Shown piece after piece: positions 52,481 to 64,000 of a DNA stretch of 64,000 bases. Position numbers and translations under genes: made by a program. The stretch is from Octopus sinensis (Eukaryota): contig NC_043006.1 in the NCBI RefSeq assembly GCF_006345805.1, positions 79,856,001 to 79,920,000 on the forward strand, read 5' to 3'. The stretch's first letter is position 1. The number at the start of each line of letters is the position of its first letter. The notes beneath the pieces are model-generated. The model was not told the origin of the DNA and ran no database searches. It worked only from the letters and a program-made list of their open reading frames with translations.

Positions 52481-53272
52481 TATAGAGTGCGATTGGTAAA
52501 TTATCGCCATTTTATATTTTTAATTTCGTGCATGCGCATTGTTTGTTTTCGAGTTTGTCGACTACACAATATAGTAGGGTCAGTTGGGCACCGTCTGTCA
52601 GAGAAAAACAGCACCATGATGCAATTCACTCTGCTAGAAATTTAGAAACGACATACTGTGCTGCTTGGAGTTCACGCCGGAAGCTCCAATACGACCATTT
52701 CAAAGTGTTCGGGTGTCAATCTGAGGACAGTGTAGGGGATTGGGAAGGGGTTGCATGAGTCTAATGATAATTACGAAGGTACAGCAGCTCGGAAAACTCA
52801 TTCTGACCGTTCTGATAAGAAAAGAACTCCTGAATTTGTTGGTGAGATCCAGGCCATAATTGACAATGACCCCTCCATGTCAATTAGGTCCATCGCTAGG
52901 GACATGGGAGTGTCTGAGTTTCTGATCAGGCAGATAGTGTATGAAGACATTCGGTATTCATCAACTTTTATCCCAAGCCATCAAGTACAAGAGGAAAGAG
53001 TGCACTACGAAGCTTTTGAATAAACTCAAGCATCCCTTCCAACTGAACATGCTATGGTCTTTCTCAGACTAGAAAAAATTCTGCTAGGATCAGATAGTGA
53101 ACACAGAACAACCGTTGGCCTGCCGTGTCCCTAAACATATACCGAGAGTGATAAAAAACAACCATTCAGTCAACATCATGGTGTTTGGAGTGATCACTAG
53201 TGATGGCGACGTTATGCTTCCATTCATCTTCCCATATGGCCTCACACTCAACACGAAGGCCTACATCAAGTG
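52481..53272 (+). mobile_element. maT/DD37D-like transposon 5' relic
   Basis: RTPEFVGEIQAIIDNDPSMSIRSIARDMGVSEFLIRQIV; MVFGVITSDGDVMLPFIFPYGL. Same family as 10912-11778. Confidence 0.85.
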
Positions 53273-53564
53273 TTTTAACTGTCCTATTTGTGTTAACAAT
53301 TTTGACCCTCCGCAAAATCCTAAATTATATTTAAGTTGCTTTGCGGGAGCAAACTGTTTTATTGAAAGCGTATATTGTTGTTAAATGCTCGAAATTCGAG
53401 ACGAGAAAAACAGCCAACAACTGATGAAGGGTCGTTCTTTATGTTGTTTGTTTTGTTTTCCATTTGTGTCTTTCGTTGTTCGGAAGAATAGTTTATGTTC
53501 CATGTACTCGTGCTCTGTAGTTTTTGTTGTACACGTTTCATGACGACCTGTGCCTACATATGCA

Positions 53565-53658
<94 letters not shown>

Positions 53659-53895
53659 TTAAAAAAAGGATATAATCTTTATAAGAATTTATCACGTAGT
53701 CAGCGTGAAACACCTCATAAGAGAAAAATCCACCAATTCTTTCACTTAAATATATTTATTTATATTATATAGAGGGCATTACTACACATAAATGCCACAC
53801 GCTAGGAGGAATTCTTAAAGTCAAAACTACTAAAATATATAAACACAACGTACCGAATGCAACTCTCGAAGCAAATCATTTAAAAACAGAATTTA

Positions 53896-53958
53896 GCTGC
53901 AGATCACTGTGATTTCATAATCCGTGCAGTGGTGCACTCTTTATTCATCAGTACAAGC
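53896..53958 (-). ncRNA. Type-I hammerhead ribozyme motif (left arm, intact core)
   Basis: GCTTGTA-CTGATGA-ATAA..GTGCA-ccac-TGCAC..TTAT-GAAA-TCACAGTGA-TC-TGCAGC. Confidence 0.8.
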
Positions 53959-54234
53959 ATAATTCAAGATTTATAATGAAAGAACAAAATCAACATAGCA
54001 GACGAACAACCATCGGATCCAACGTAGTATATAGAAATGTTCACCCCTTATACATCTATGTAAACGGCGGGCTTTTTCGAATTACATTTCGATAACAACG
54101 TGCTTGTTCGGAATAAAAATTCAGTACTTTTACATAGATGTGTAAGGGGTGAACATTTCTATATACTACGTTGGATCCGATGGTTGTTCGTCTGCTATGT
54201 TGATTTTGTTCTTTCATTATAAATCTTGAATTAT

Positions 54235-54297
54235 GCTTGTACTGATGAATAAAGAGTGCACCACTGCACGGATTATGAAGTCACGGTGATCTGCAGC
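54235..54297 (+). ncRNA. Hammerhead motif (right arm), core mutated GAAA to GAAG, probably inactive
   Basis: gcttgta-CTGATGA-...-GAAG-tcacggtga-TC-tgcagc. Confidence 0.65.
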
Positions 54298-54476
54298 TAA
54301 ATTCTGCTTTTAAATGACTTGCTTCGAGAGTTGCATTCGGTACAATGTGTTTATTTATTTTAGTAGTTTTGACTTTAAGAGTCCCTCCTAGCATGTGGCA
54401 TTTATGTGTAGTAATGCCCTCTATACAATATATATATATATATACATACATATAGATGTAAGCATGTACATATACG

Positions 54477-54560
<84 letters not shown>

Positions 54561-55013
54561 CATATATATGTATATATATATATATATATTATTTATATTA
54601 TTTATATTATTTATATTATTATATGATTGAACGCCACGCATCCACTTCCAAGTAAGCTTTATCTTAATAATTCTGATGCGCACTCTATACGATCTTTTTA
54701 CTCTTTCGTTTTTCTCTCTTTCTCTTTTTCTTTTATCTCCTCTTCTCTCACTATTCTATCCTATTATTCTGTCACCCTATTTTTTTATATTTGTCCCCCA
54801 CTCCTCCTCCCTTGCTCACCTGGCTCCCACATGGCCATCGGGCATCTTTCTTTCTTTCTTTCCGTTGTAGCTGGAACAAGGAAGACGTGTTCTTGTTTGT
54901 CTCCTGTCCCAAGCTTGATATATACGTTCGCTACCACAACCTCATTTAGGCTTAGCAGCCCTTCCTGTTTGTTTTTACTGTCCTGTTTGTGTTACCGATT
55001 TTGACCCTCTTAA

Positions 55014-55596
55014 CCCCTTACCCAACAATTATTTTGAAAATAAATGTATTTTTTCAGACATATTTTTTAATTGTTTTATTTTACTATGTTTTGAATGGTG
55101 ATTTCGAGGTATATTTCAAACCTTATTTATTATGAATTTTAATTCAATAATATTGATTTTAAATTACCGCTTTGGGCAGAAACGAGTTAACCCGTTTTTT
55201 TCATAAATCATATTACTTTTACAAAAAATCATGTTATTTTATTTGGTTATCGACATGGTGGGGTTATAATATAAAGGTATAAAAAAACAACGTAAAAACA
55301 AAGTGAATACTTCTATTCATAAAATGTGCCTTCCAACCCTTCGACTGTCTCCAGGTGACTAAATCATACTCGGTCTTCAATGCCTTACTCAAGCGAAAGG
55401 TGGCAGAAATCGTCACTGCCAGACGTATAAAGTTAGCGAATATACTCGTATATGTCAAAAAAGAGTTTATAATAGACAAAGGAACTCGTTTGCTGTCGAT
55501 TTTGGCGAGTCTATCTTTTGACGAGTTAACTCGTCAGAGATAGAAAAAAAACGATTTCGGTCAAAACGCATATATTCGTTTCTGCCGGGTAAGGGG
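55014..55596. mobile_element. Non-autonomous piggyBac-like element (583 bp)
   Basis: TTAA on both sides (55010-55013, 55597-55600); TIRs CCCCTTACCC / GGGTAAGGGG; no transposase. Confidence 0.8.
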
Positions 55597-56380
55597 TTAA
55601 TAGCATTTTGTAGAAACAAGGCATGTTTTACAAAGTTGCATTCAATTTTATAAAGAATAATGAAACACGGAAGATTTTCAGGTTTTTAAATTTTATCTTT
55701 AAGCGTATATAGATATCTGAAGTAAGACACGGAAAATTAGAATTGCAATTATACAAAATGAATAGCAGAGTTGTTTTAGACTCCATTCTTTATAGTAAAA
55801 ATGTGATAAAAGTATTTAAAACGTCAAAAAAGTTACTATTAGGTGTTTTTTAAAGGAATGTGTAAAAGAAAAAGCGCAGTGGTCATGAACGTTAGGAAAC
55901 CGTGAAATCTGAGTGGGATAATATTTTCAATTCTTGATGAAATTTAAAAAATCTGAGTTTCCACAAAAAATATGATTAACTCAAAACAAGTAAGGGTCAT
56001 GCTATGTTGTATTGATTTGTAAACGTATTTCTGCATGTTCTTGTGTTTTTATGGACATTTAGCATATAATAAAATAGTTCCGTGAAGGCACGTTAAGCTT
56101 ATAAAAAAATAGTTCTGTGAACTACGTTAAGGGAATACGTGTTTGTGGAGTACTCAGCCACTTGCACGTTTATTTCACGAGCAAGCTGTTCCGTTGATCG
56201 TATCAGCTGGGACCCTCGTCGTCGCAACCGACGGAGTGCTCCTTTGAAAATAGTTCTAACTAAAATAGTTAAGATATTAAATCAGGCTAATTTTTTTTGT
56301 TCCCGAGTGTGTTATGTTTACATAACACATTTATAATGTGTTTGGAATTCATGAAGATAAAAAAAATTCACAGGGAAACA

Positions 56381-56800
56381 GGAGTGGCTGTGTGGTAAGT
56401 AGCTTGCTAACCAACCACATGGTTCCGGGTTCAGTCCCACTGCGTGGCATCTTGGGCAAGTGTCTTCTGCTATAGCCCCGGGCCGACCAATGCCTTGTGA
56501 GTGGATTTGGTAGACGGAAACTGAAAGAAGCCTGTCGTATATATGTATATATATATATATATGTGTGTATGTGTGTTTATATGTTTGTGTGTCTGTGTTT
56601 GTCCCCCCACCAACATCGCTTGACAACCAATGCTAGTGTGTTTACGTCCCCGTCACTTAGCGGTTCGGCAAAAGAGACCGATAGAATAAGTACTGGGCTT
56701 ACAAATAATAAGTCCCGGTGTCGATTTGCTCGACTAAAGGCGGTGCTCCAGCATGGCCGCATTCAAATGACTGAAACAAGTAAAAGAGTAAAAGAGAGTA
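56381..56800 (+). mobile_element. Composite SINE: tRNA-like head, TA/TG linker, conserved tail
   Basis: ggagtggctgtgtggtaag...ggttcagtccc head; tail ...gactgaaacaagtaaaagagtaaaag. Related pieces at ~39230-39325, ~39940-40165, 60547-60650 and 62190-62400. Confidence 0.85.
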
Positions 56801-57089
56801 AACAGAATTATGTTCAAACCCTCTTTGTACAATGAATGCTTAAAATAGATTTTGTGGTTGATATTTCATCTTAGGTCAGGCAAAGCTGAGACAAATTATA
56901 GTCAAAGACATTTCAGCAGGGACAGTCCAGACTTACATTCAGACCATATTATCCAATATTTCCGTCCTCTTTCAAGTGATTTACTTAAGTAACATTTGGC
57001 AATTATTTCTAGCTGCTCAAGAAAATAAAAATAGGAAATCGTCGTTGGCATAATTAAAATGGGTTTAATTCTAAAGAACAACTATGTTT

Positions 57090-57750
57090 TTAGTGAACAG
57101 ATCTTCCAGCGGATATATTCATTGATATTATTTCGAGAGCAGAAGTAACATCAATACATATTCTTGATGATAATTTTATAATTTTGTGTAAAGTTTGAAT
57201 AATACTGCTACGAACAATCTTTGTTGATAGACACGATAAACAAATAAATAATCCAACAAATGAGTTCAGAATACAGAATAACAGACAAAATTCTTTAATT
57301 CTTGTAAACGTATACAGAAATGCAAATATCCATGTTAATTCCATTATAAAGAATAGTTTTATGTAAAGAATTTTTTTTGCTATGTTTGGATACATATCCT
57401 GAAGAAAGCTTACTGGCTATATGCAGACCTCTAGCGAAGAGGATAAATGCAATGATATTAACATATAAAATAATCATTACAGGGATTGCAAACAACCATA
57501 GCACACTTTTTCCATTTGTAATCCAGCGAATAGCATTTTCATATTCTGGAGAAAGTAGTATCAGTGAGATTGTTACTATTACAAGAGGGCAGATCCAAGC
57601 ACATAAGCAATACAAAATAAGTCTCTTGGTACTTTATTCTTACTTTAATGTTGTGTAAGTCCTGAGAAAGGCACCAAATAACATGACATTCATTCAGATT
57701 AAATTCATACAAGTTTTGCATAACGGCAAAACTGCGGAGTTAATAAACAG
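57090..57750 (-). pseudogene. Partial, frameshifted third GPCR copy (TM2-end to C-terminus) directly behind the stop of the 57755-59767 gene
   Basis: AWICPLVIVTISLILLSPEYENAIRWITNGKSVLWLFAIP and MELTWIFAFLYTFTRIKEFCLLFCILNSFVGLFICLS in different frames, with deletions. Confidence 0.9.
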
Positions 57751-57754
57751 AAGT

Positions 57755-59767
57755 TTATGTAGGTATATCTGTTGAAGTTGTTTTATGAGCAGAAGTCAAA
57801 TCAACAGACTCTTTTGCGGGCAATTTTATAATTATTTTCAAATTCCGGAGAATATTGCGACGGACAGTCTTTGTTGATAGAAATGATACACAAATAAATA
57901 ACCCAACGAATGAGTTTAAAATACAAAATAATAGAGAAAATTCTTCAATTCCTGTAAACGTATAGAGAAATGCGAATATCCATGTTAGTCCCATGACAAA
58001 GAATAGTTTTACACAAATGATGAACTCAGGTCTGTTATGTTTTGGTAAATATTTCGAAGAAAGTTTGCGTGCCAAATAGAGCCCTCTAGCGGTGAGGGTA
58101 AATGCTACGAAATTAAGACATAAAATAATCATTACGGGGATTGCAAAAAACCATAGTAGATTTTTTCCATTTGTAATCCAGCAATTACCATTTCCATATT
58201 CTGGAGAAAGTCCGTGATTTCCAGGAATATACTCAAATATCAGTGATACTGTTACTATTACAAGTGGACAGATCCAAGCATATAAGGAATACAATACAAA
58301 TCTCTTGGTATGTTTTCCTTTACTTCGAAGTTGTGTAAATCCTGAGAAAGTGTACCAGGCATCAAAAGACATGACATTCATCCAGAAGAAAGTCGCTAGA
58401 AGGGAATAATGCATCACTATAGCTAAATATTTACACATCACTAGAGATGTAGTGATTTGTGATGAGATGAGAAAGAGAAGCTCAGCTGCAAACAATGCTG
58501 ATAAAAGACTAATGAGTAATTTACCTGGTAAGGTACGGAGATCGGGTATACAGAGATAGACTATAATAGTGATTACCTGAGCCGGAATAGAGATTACGAG
58601 TCCCACTAATGTGATATAGCTCTCAGCCACGGAATATTTTGATACACCATTGATATTTGATATATTATTGGTACCATTGTTTACACAGATACTTATTATA
58701 CCTTGAGAATCACGAGTGAATTCTGATTGGTTCAGCAAGCGTTGGGTATTATTTAAGTAGAGACGACCATCATTAGTAATGTAATACTCAGATTCATTTA
58801 ATCTTGTTGATGTACAGTTTAGTGGAGGATGGTAGATAACTTGTCGACATTGATTGGTATTCATATCGTAGACAGCGTGCTTTGAACAGGATGGCAACTG
58901 TAGAACAGTTTCGGTTAATGCATCTCTTATCTCTAAAAAATTGGTATGATAATTGAAAAGGATTGTTAGTGAATTAAATATAGGTGTTTTAGTCTTTATA
59001 TAATACAATACTCTACATTGAATTTCAGAAATCCCGTTACACGTGGCACAACCTCTATTTTTGTAAAACTTATCAGATACATATTTCTTATTATATGATA
59101 TATATTTCTTATCTAAATATATTAACGCCATTGGCTCGGTCTCACATGCCATTCTTTGTTCGGTATTATTGTAATCTTGAGGACAACTCGAAATGTGTGG
59201 AATACAAGAATGCAAATAATGTTTATATTTCTCCGCCGGAGCCTTTACAATTCGCATACATCTATTGACATAATTTGATAAATTTTCAAGGCTTACATTA
59301 GATCTTAAATTACATTTATACAGAATATTCCAAAGAGTGAATTCCTCTCCATGACACAGAGCACAATACATGTTCCTGTAGAGTCTTTTACTTGTTTTAC
59401 CAAAAGCGGGTATGTTTTGCAGTTGATCATCGGAGTCAGGGTTTTCACAGTTGTTTACATACTCTGCAACATCATGGTTAGGTGGACAACGGTCAAACAG
59501 ATAATAATAAGAATCACTAACCATTCTACAACTATAATACATTGATGGATAGGGTTGTTTGTGATCAGAAGTGGTTTTATTAATCTTGTCAGAACAGCAT
59601 TCATTATAGAGGTAGCAGTCCGGGCGGCACGAACAACGTTCAGGTACGTCATATGCAGGAGGATCAGAACACAAAGCTGGGCTGCAATTGTTGAAGAATT
59701 GTGCAAGTGATGCATCATTTGAGAACATTATAAGAGAAAGCATAAGCAACTGAAATGATGTTACCAT
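57755..59767 (-). CDS. Methuselah-like 7TM GPCR paralogue, 670 aa from the first ATG, single coding exon
   Basis: Same architecture as 26898-28892 (CSCRPDCYLYNECCSD; YRNMYCALCHG; YKNRGCATCNG; FFWMNVMSFDAWYTF). The track start at 59788 is TTG; the first ATG is at 59767. Confidence 0.93.
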   Translation of the reverse strand: MVTSFQLLMLSLIMFSNDASLAQFFNNCSPALCSDPPAYDVPERCSCRPDCYLYNECCSDKINKTTSDHKQPYPSMYYSCRMVSDSYYYLFDRCPPNHDVAEYVNNCENPDSDDQLQNIPAFGKTSKRLYRNMYCALCHGEEFTLWNILYKCNLRSNVSLENLSNYVNRCMRIVKAPAEKYKHYLHSCIPHISSCPQDYNNTEQRMACETEPMALIYLDKKYISYNKKYVSDKFYKNRGCATCNGISEIQCRVLYYIKTKTPIFNSLTILFNYHTNFLEIRDALTETVLQLPSCSKHAVYDMNTNQCRQVIYHPPLNCTSTRLNESEYYITNDGRLYLNNTQRLLNQSEFTRDSQGIISICVNNGTNNISNINGVSKYSVAESYITLVGLVISIPAQVITIIVYLCIPDLRTLPGKLLISLLSALFAAELLFLISSQITTSLVMCKYLAIVMHYSLLATFFWMNVMSFDAWYTFSGFTQLRSKGKHTKRFVLYSLYAWICPLVIVTVSLIFEYIPGNHGLSPEYGNGNCWITNGKNLLWFFAIPVMIILCLNFVAFTLTARGLYLARKLSSKYLPKHNRPEFIICVKLFFVMGLTWIFAFLYTFTGIEEFSLLFCILNSFVGLFICVSFLSTKTVRRNILRNLKIIIKLPAKESVDLTSAHKTTSTDIPT

Positions 59768-60082
59768 TTTAAAAGTTATAGTAAACAATGTAATAACTGA
59801 TCCTAAAAGTCTTGGTTATATATCGACATTTAAAGTCTTCAACATGAAACTTTAGCAACACTTAGAAATACAATTATTTATAATTCTAAATATATTTGTA
59901 TTTCAAAAGTATTTCTATTGAGAAATGCAAGGAATTATTACTTTAGTCATAAAAAGGTAATTATCTTGCTGTAGTCATGCTGCATGTATATATTGGCACT
60001 GCTCATTAGTACAATTAACGTCAGATGTATTCAATCCGTCTAGTGGTTTTAGTTGTATAAATCGCCAAATATTTAAAAGTAC

Positions 60083-60192
60083 CTTTGCTCCTACATGGAA
60101 TGATGAATTAGTTTCAGATTTATTTTGGTTGGTAGTTAGAATATATCAATATGAAACGTTGAAAGTAAGCGCACTGGCTATCTGGTGATTTA

Positions 60193-60275
<83 letters not shown>

Positions 60276-60311
60276 CTTATATATGTGTGTACTTGAGAAA
60301 TTTTCAGGTAT
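60083..60311 (-). other. Candidate non-coding 5' UTR exon of the 57755-59767 GPCR, containing a (TA)n expansion
   Basis: Acceptor tttttgtttttttacAG (60313-60312) and donor aag|GTactt (60082); next acceptor acttttAG at 59804-59803. Homologous to 29108-29262. Confidence 0.6.
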
Positions 60312-60473
60312 CTGTAAAAAAACAAAAACATTTAATAACTCACATAATACTGATCGATCTCACACACGCACGCACACACACACGCACACGCATACACCTA
60401 TATACATACACACATTTACACACATATGTAAGTGTGTATATGTGTGTGTATAAGTGTGAGAACATATATATGC

Positions 60474-61022
60474 ATATGCGTAGGTATATGTGTGTGTGTA
60501 TATATATATGCATATATGCAAATATATATATATATGTATATACACATATGTGGCTGTGTGGTAAGTAGCGTACTTACGAACCACATGGTTCGGGGTTCTG
60601 TCCCACTGCGTAGCACCTTGGGGAAGTGTCTTCCACTATAGCCTCGGGCCTATCAAGAAAGAAGCCCGTCGTATATATATACAACTTATATATACGACGG
60701 GCTTTCTAATGCCAAATATGTCGAAAATAGACACTTCGTCAATAACAATATAATTTATCACTATAAGTACGTGTCTCGTTAGACACTTCGTCAATAACCA
60801 TATAATTTATCACTATAAGTACGTGTCTCGAAGAAACGAGACACGTACTTATAGTGATAAATTATATGGTTATTGATGAAGTGTCTACTTTCGGCATATT
60901 GGGCATTAGAAATCTTTTCTTTTGCCCTTGTTTATAAGTTGTTTATAAATTTAACCTTTAAGGGTATTTTTTAATCTGCTGGCCATTGATAGAAATTTTT
61001 AGGAAAAATTTTATCCTATATT

Positions 61023-61118
<96 letters not shown>

Positions 61119-61666
61119 AATATAGGATAAAATTTTTCCAAAAAATTTCTATCAATGGCCAGCAGATTAAAAAATACCCTTAAAGGTTAAATTTATAAAC
61201 AACTTATAAACAAGGGCAAAGAAAAGATTTCTAATGCCCAATATGCCGAAAGTAGACACTTCATCAATAACCATATAATTTATCACTATAAGTACGTGTC
61301 TCGTTTCTTCGAGACACGTACTTATAGTGATAAATTATATGGTTATTGACGAAGTGTCTAACGAGACACGTACTTATAGTGATAAATTATATTGTTATTG
61401 ACGAAGTGTCTATTTTCGACATATTTGGCATTAGAAAGCCCGTCGTATATATAAGTTGTATATATATACGACGGGCTTCTTTCTTGATAGGCCCGAGGCT
61501 ATAGTGGAAGACACTTCCCCAAGGTGCTACGCAGTGGGACAGAACCCCGAACCATGTGGTTCGTAAGTACGCTACTTACCACACAGCCACATATGTGTAT
61601 ATACATATATATATATATTTGCATATATGCATATATATATACACACACACATATACCTACGCATAT
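60474..61666. repeat. 1193-bp near-perfect palindrome centred on (TA)n
   Basis: Arms mirror each other through the SINE head and nested hairpins. Only homopolymer-associated differences seen. Confidence 0.95.
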
Positions 61667-61697
61667 ATACACACACACATATACCTACGCATATATA

Positions 61698-62384
<687 letters not shown>

Positions 62385-63254
62385 AAAGAATAAAAGAAAG
62401 AAAAGAATATTTAGTTCTTTGTACGTAGATAGAAATAGTTAAATTCAAAACTTTCATAAGATTATAATCTTGATATGTAATCTAAAATTATTGCTGAGCT
62501 TGCGGTGTATGAAATGCTCTTTCGATGAGCCTAACAGAATATTCAATTTATAGCTTACGATGTTTGTAAAAAGTACAACGAAGATGAATGCAATAGAAAG
62601 GTCAAAATCTTAGGTTACTTAATTGAATACTTGCGTTAATGATTGGGAGATTTTACTAAGTCATTGATCACGGAGTTTATTAATTGATTAACGTTTAGGT
62701 GGCAAGATTAAGCTTGGGGTTTCAAACAAAGAAGGCCTATAAAATATGTGATGAGAATTAAAAATAAAACAACAATATGTATAAATATTCTAGAGCATCA
62801 TGCTTAACGGTGTGTATACAGTTGGTACGATAGATAGATGTGGATTTCAATTTAATGCTATCTCAATTGCGTATGTTGAATTTTATTTCAGTCCAGCAAG
62901 CTTGGGCAATATCATTGAAAAATTTATCCACTGTTTCCTATACAACGAGGCACGAATTTTGTTTAAGCAGGTAAGAGTCGTGTGCATGGCATTGTCAAAC
63001 CTCGATAAAGGTGAAACGCGACCGTCGTTCGCGTTAGTCACTGTAGGGACTATGTCGGTTTCTCTCCTATATATAATATGCGTTATCATAATTCAATATA
63101 CTGTTCTAGTTCTTTCCAAATTTCCTAAAACTGAAATTGCTGAAAACGAACCTGCTTGCTTACATATATGCATATATATATGCATACACTCATGCATGCA
63201 TGTATGCAAATATACATACAGATATACATACATACGTACATACACACATACATA

Positions 63255-63600
63255 TTCTTTCTACTATAGGCACAAGGCCTGAAATTTTGGTGAGGTGGGT
63301 AGTCGATTAGATCGATCCCAGTGCTAAACTGGTACTTATCTTATTGATACCACAAGAATGAAAGGTAGTCGCCCATGCATACCAGCCTCCCCTCCCCTCC
63401 CTTCCCCACGCTACCAATGTTATCCAAGGTGGATACAACTTGGTACCAGTGACATTGCAACTCATTTCTTCAGCTGAGTGACCTGGAGCAACGTGAGATA
63501 AAGTGTCTTGCTCAAGAACGTAATACAGCCCGGTCTGGGAATCGAACTCACTACCTCAAGACTGAGCGCCTGACGCTCTAACTACTGTGCCAGGCACCTT
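63255..63600 (-). mobile_element. SINE remnants (two families)
   Basis: ctactataggcacaaggcctgaaattttgg tail and a tRNA-like head (ggaatcgaactc...gctctaactactgtgcc). Confidence 0.65.
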
Positions 63601-63610
63601 CAAACACACA

Positions 63611-63674
<64 letters not shown>

Positions 63675-64000
63675 TACACACACACACAAACACGAGAAGT
63701 TAAAAAATATCCGTACTTACACCATAACATATCTTTATTATTGTCACACTGCCCTCTGCGCATGCATGCTTATAGTTGGTACTATTGTGGTCACGTGATC
63801 AAAGTTTGAGCCTGATCACGCCATTTTTCTTTTTGGCTTTACAATGTAAGCATAGCCGCTCCAATACCATTGTGCACCAGAGAAGAACAAAGAGCAGTGA
63901 TCCGAGAGATGGTAATGGTGAACCGATTCACTTTTACCATCTCTCGAGCTTACTGAATCTTCTCGTCAGTGGTGAAGGTTGTTTGTTCCTTCTCGAGCTA

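Larger units (their letters stand above)
53763..54430. mobile_element. Fold-back element, ~302-bp arms, 63-bp spacer, one HHR per arm
   Basis: 53763-54064 is the reverse complement of 54128-54430 with about 12 differences. Right end runs into (TA)n; left end sits in TA-rich sequence ~110 bp from another (TA)n. Confidence 0.92.

Noticed and set aside
53763-54430. A-to-I editing imprint in arm differences (8 of ~12 are A/T versus G/C transitions)
   Set aside because: The changes fall on both strands and some fit CpG decay, so direction cannot be set without a consensus.
59768-59788. 7-aa N-terminal extension of the second GPCR in the ORF track
   Set aside because: It starts at TTG. The first ATG at 59767 aligns with the paralogue's start and signal peptide.

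Overview
Repeat-saturated animal genomic DNA. The tRNA-derived SINEs, RTE, R4/Dong, Hero and Penelope retroelements and extreme (TA)n/(TATC)n/(ATGT)n/(TAA)n microsatellite load suggest an octopus or other cephalopod (inference; no database search was possible). Only two convincing host genes are present: minus-strand paralogues with a single coding exon, encoding SMB-like/Cys-rich-ectodomain Methuselah-like (secretin-family) GPCRs (26898-28892, 57755-59767). A third, frameshifted partial copy is fused directly behind the stop codon of the second, and both genes share a conserved candidate non-coding 5' exon. The rest is decayed mobile DNA, a tRNA-Glu(TTC)-like gene and microsatellites; most ORFs in the supplied track are microsatellite translations. 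The most striking unexplained structure is a set of small non-coding elements beside (TA)n tracts that carry type-I hammerhead ribozyme (HHR) motifs with palindromic stem III. Two are fold-back elements with one outward-pointing HHR per arm (44816-45314, 53763-54430). One is a ~1.3-unit copy of a 363-nt HHR-containing monomer that resembles a reverse-transcribed circular RNA or retrozyme (21408-21877). Twin near-perfect palindromes centred on (TA)n (60474-62384) are either a tandem duplication plus TA-mediated inversion or an assembly artefact. All alignments and folds were done by eye, and mobile-element boundaries are approximate.
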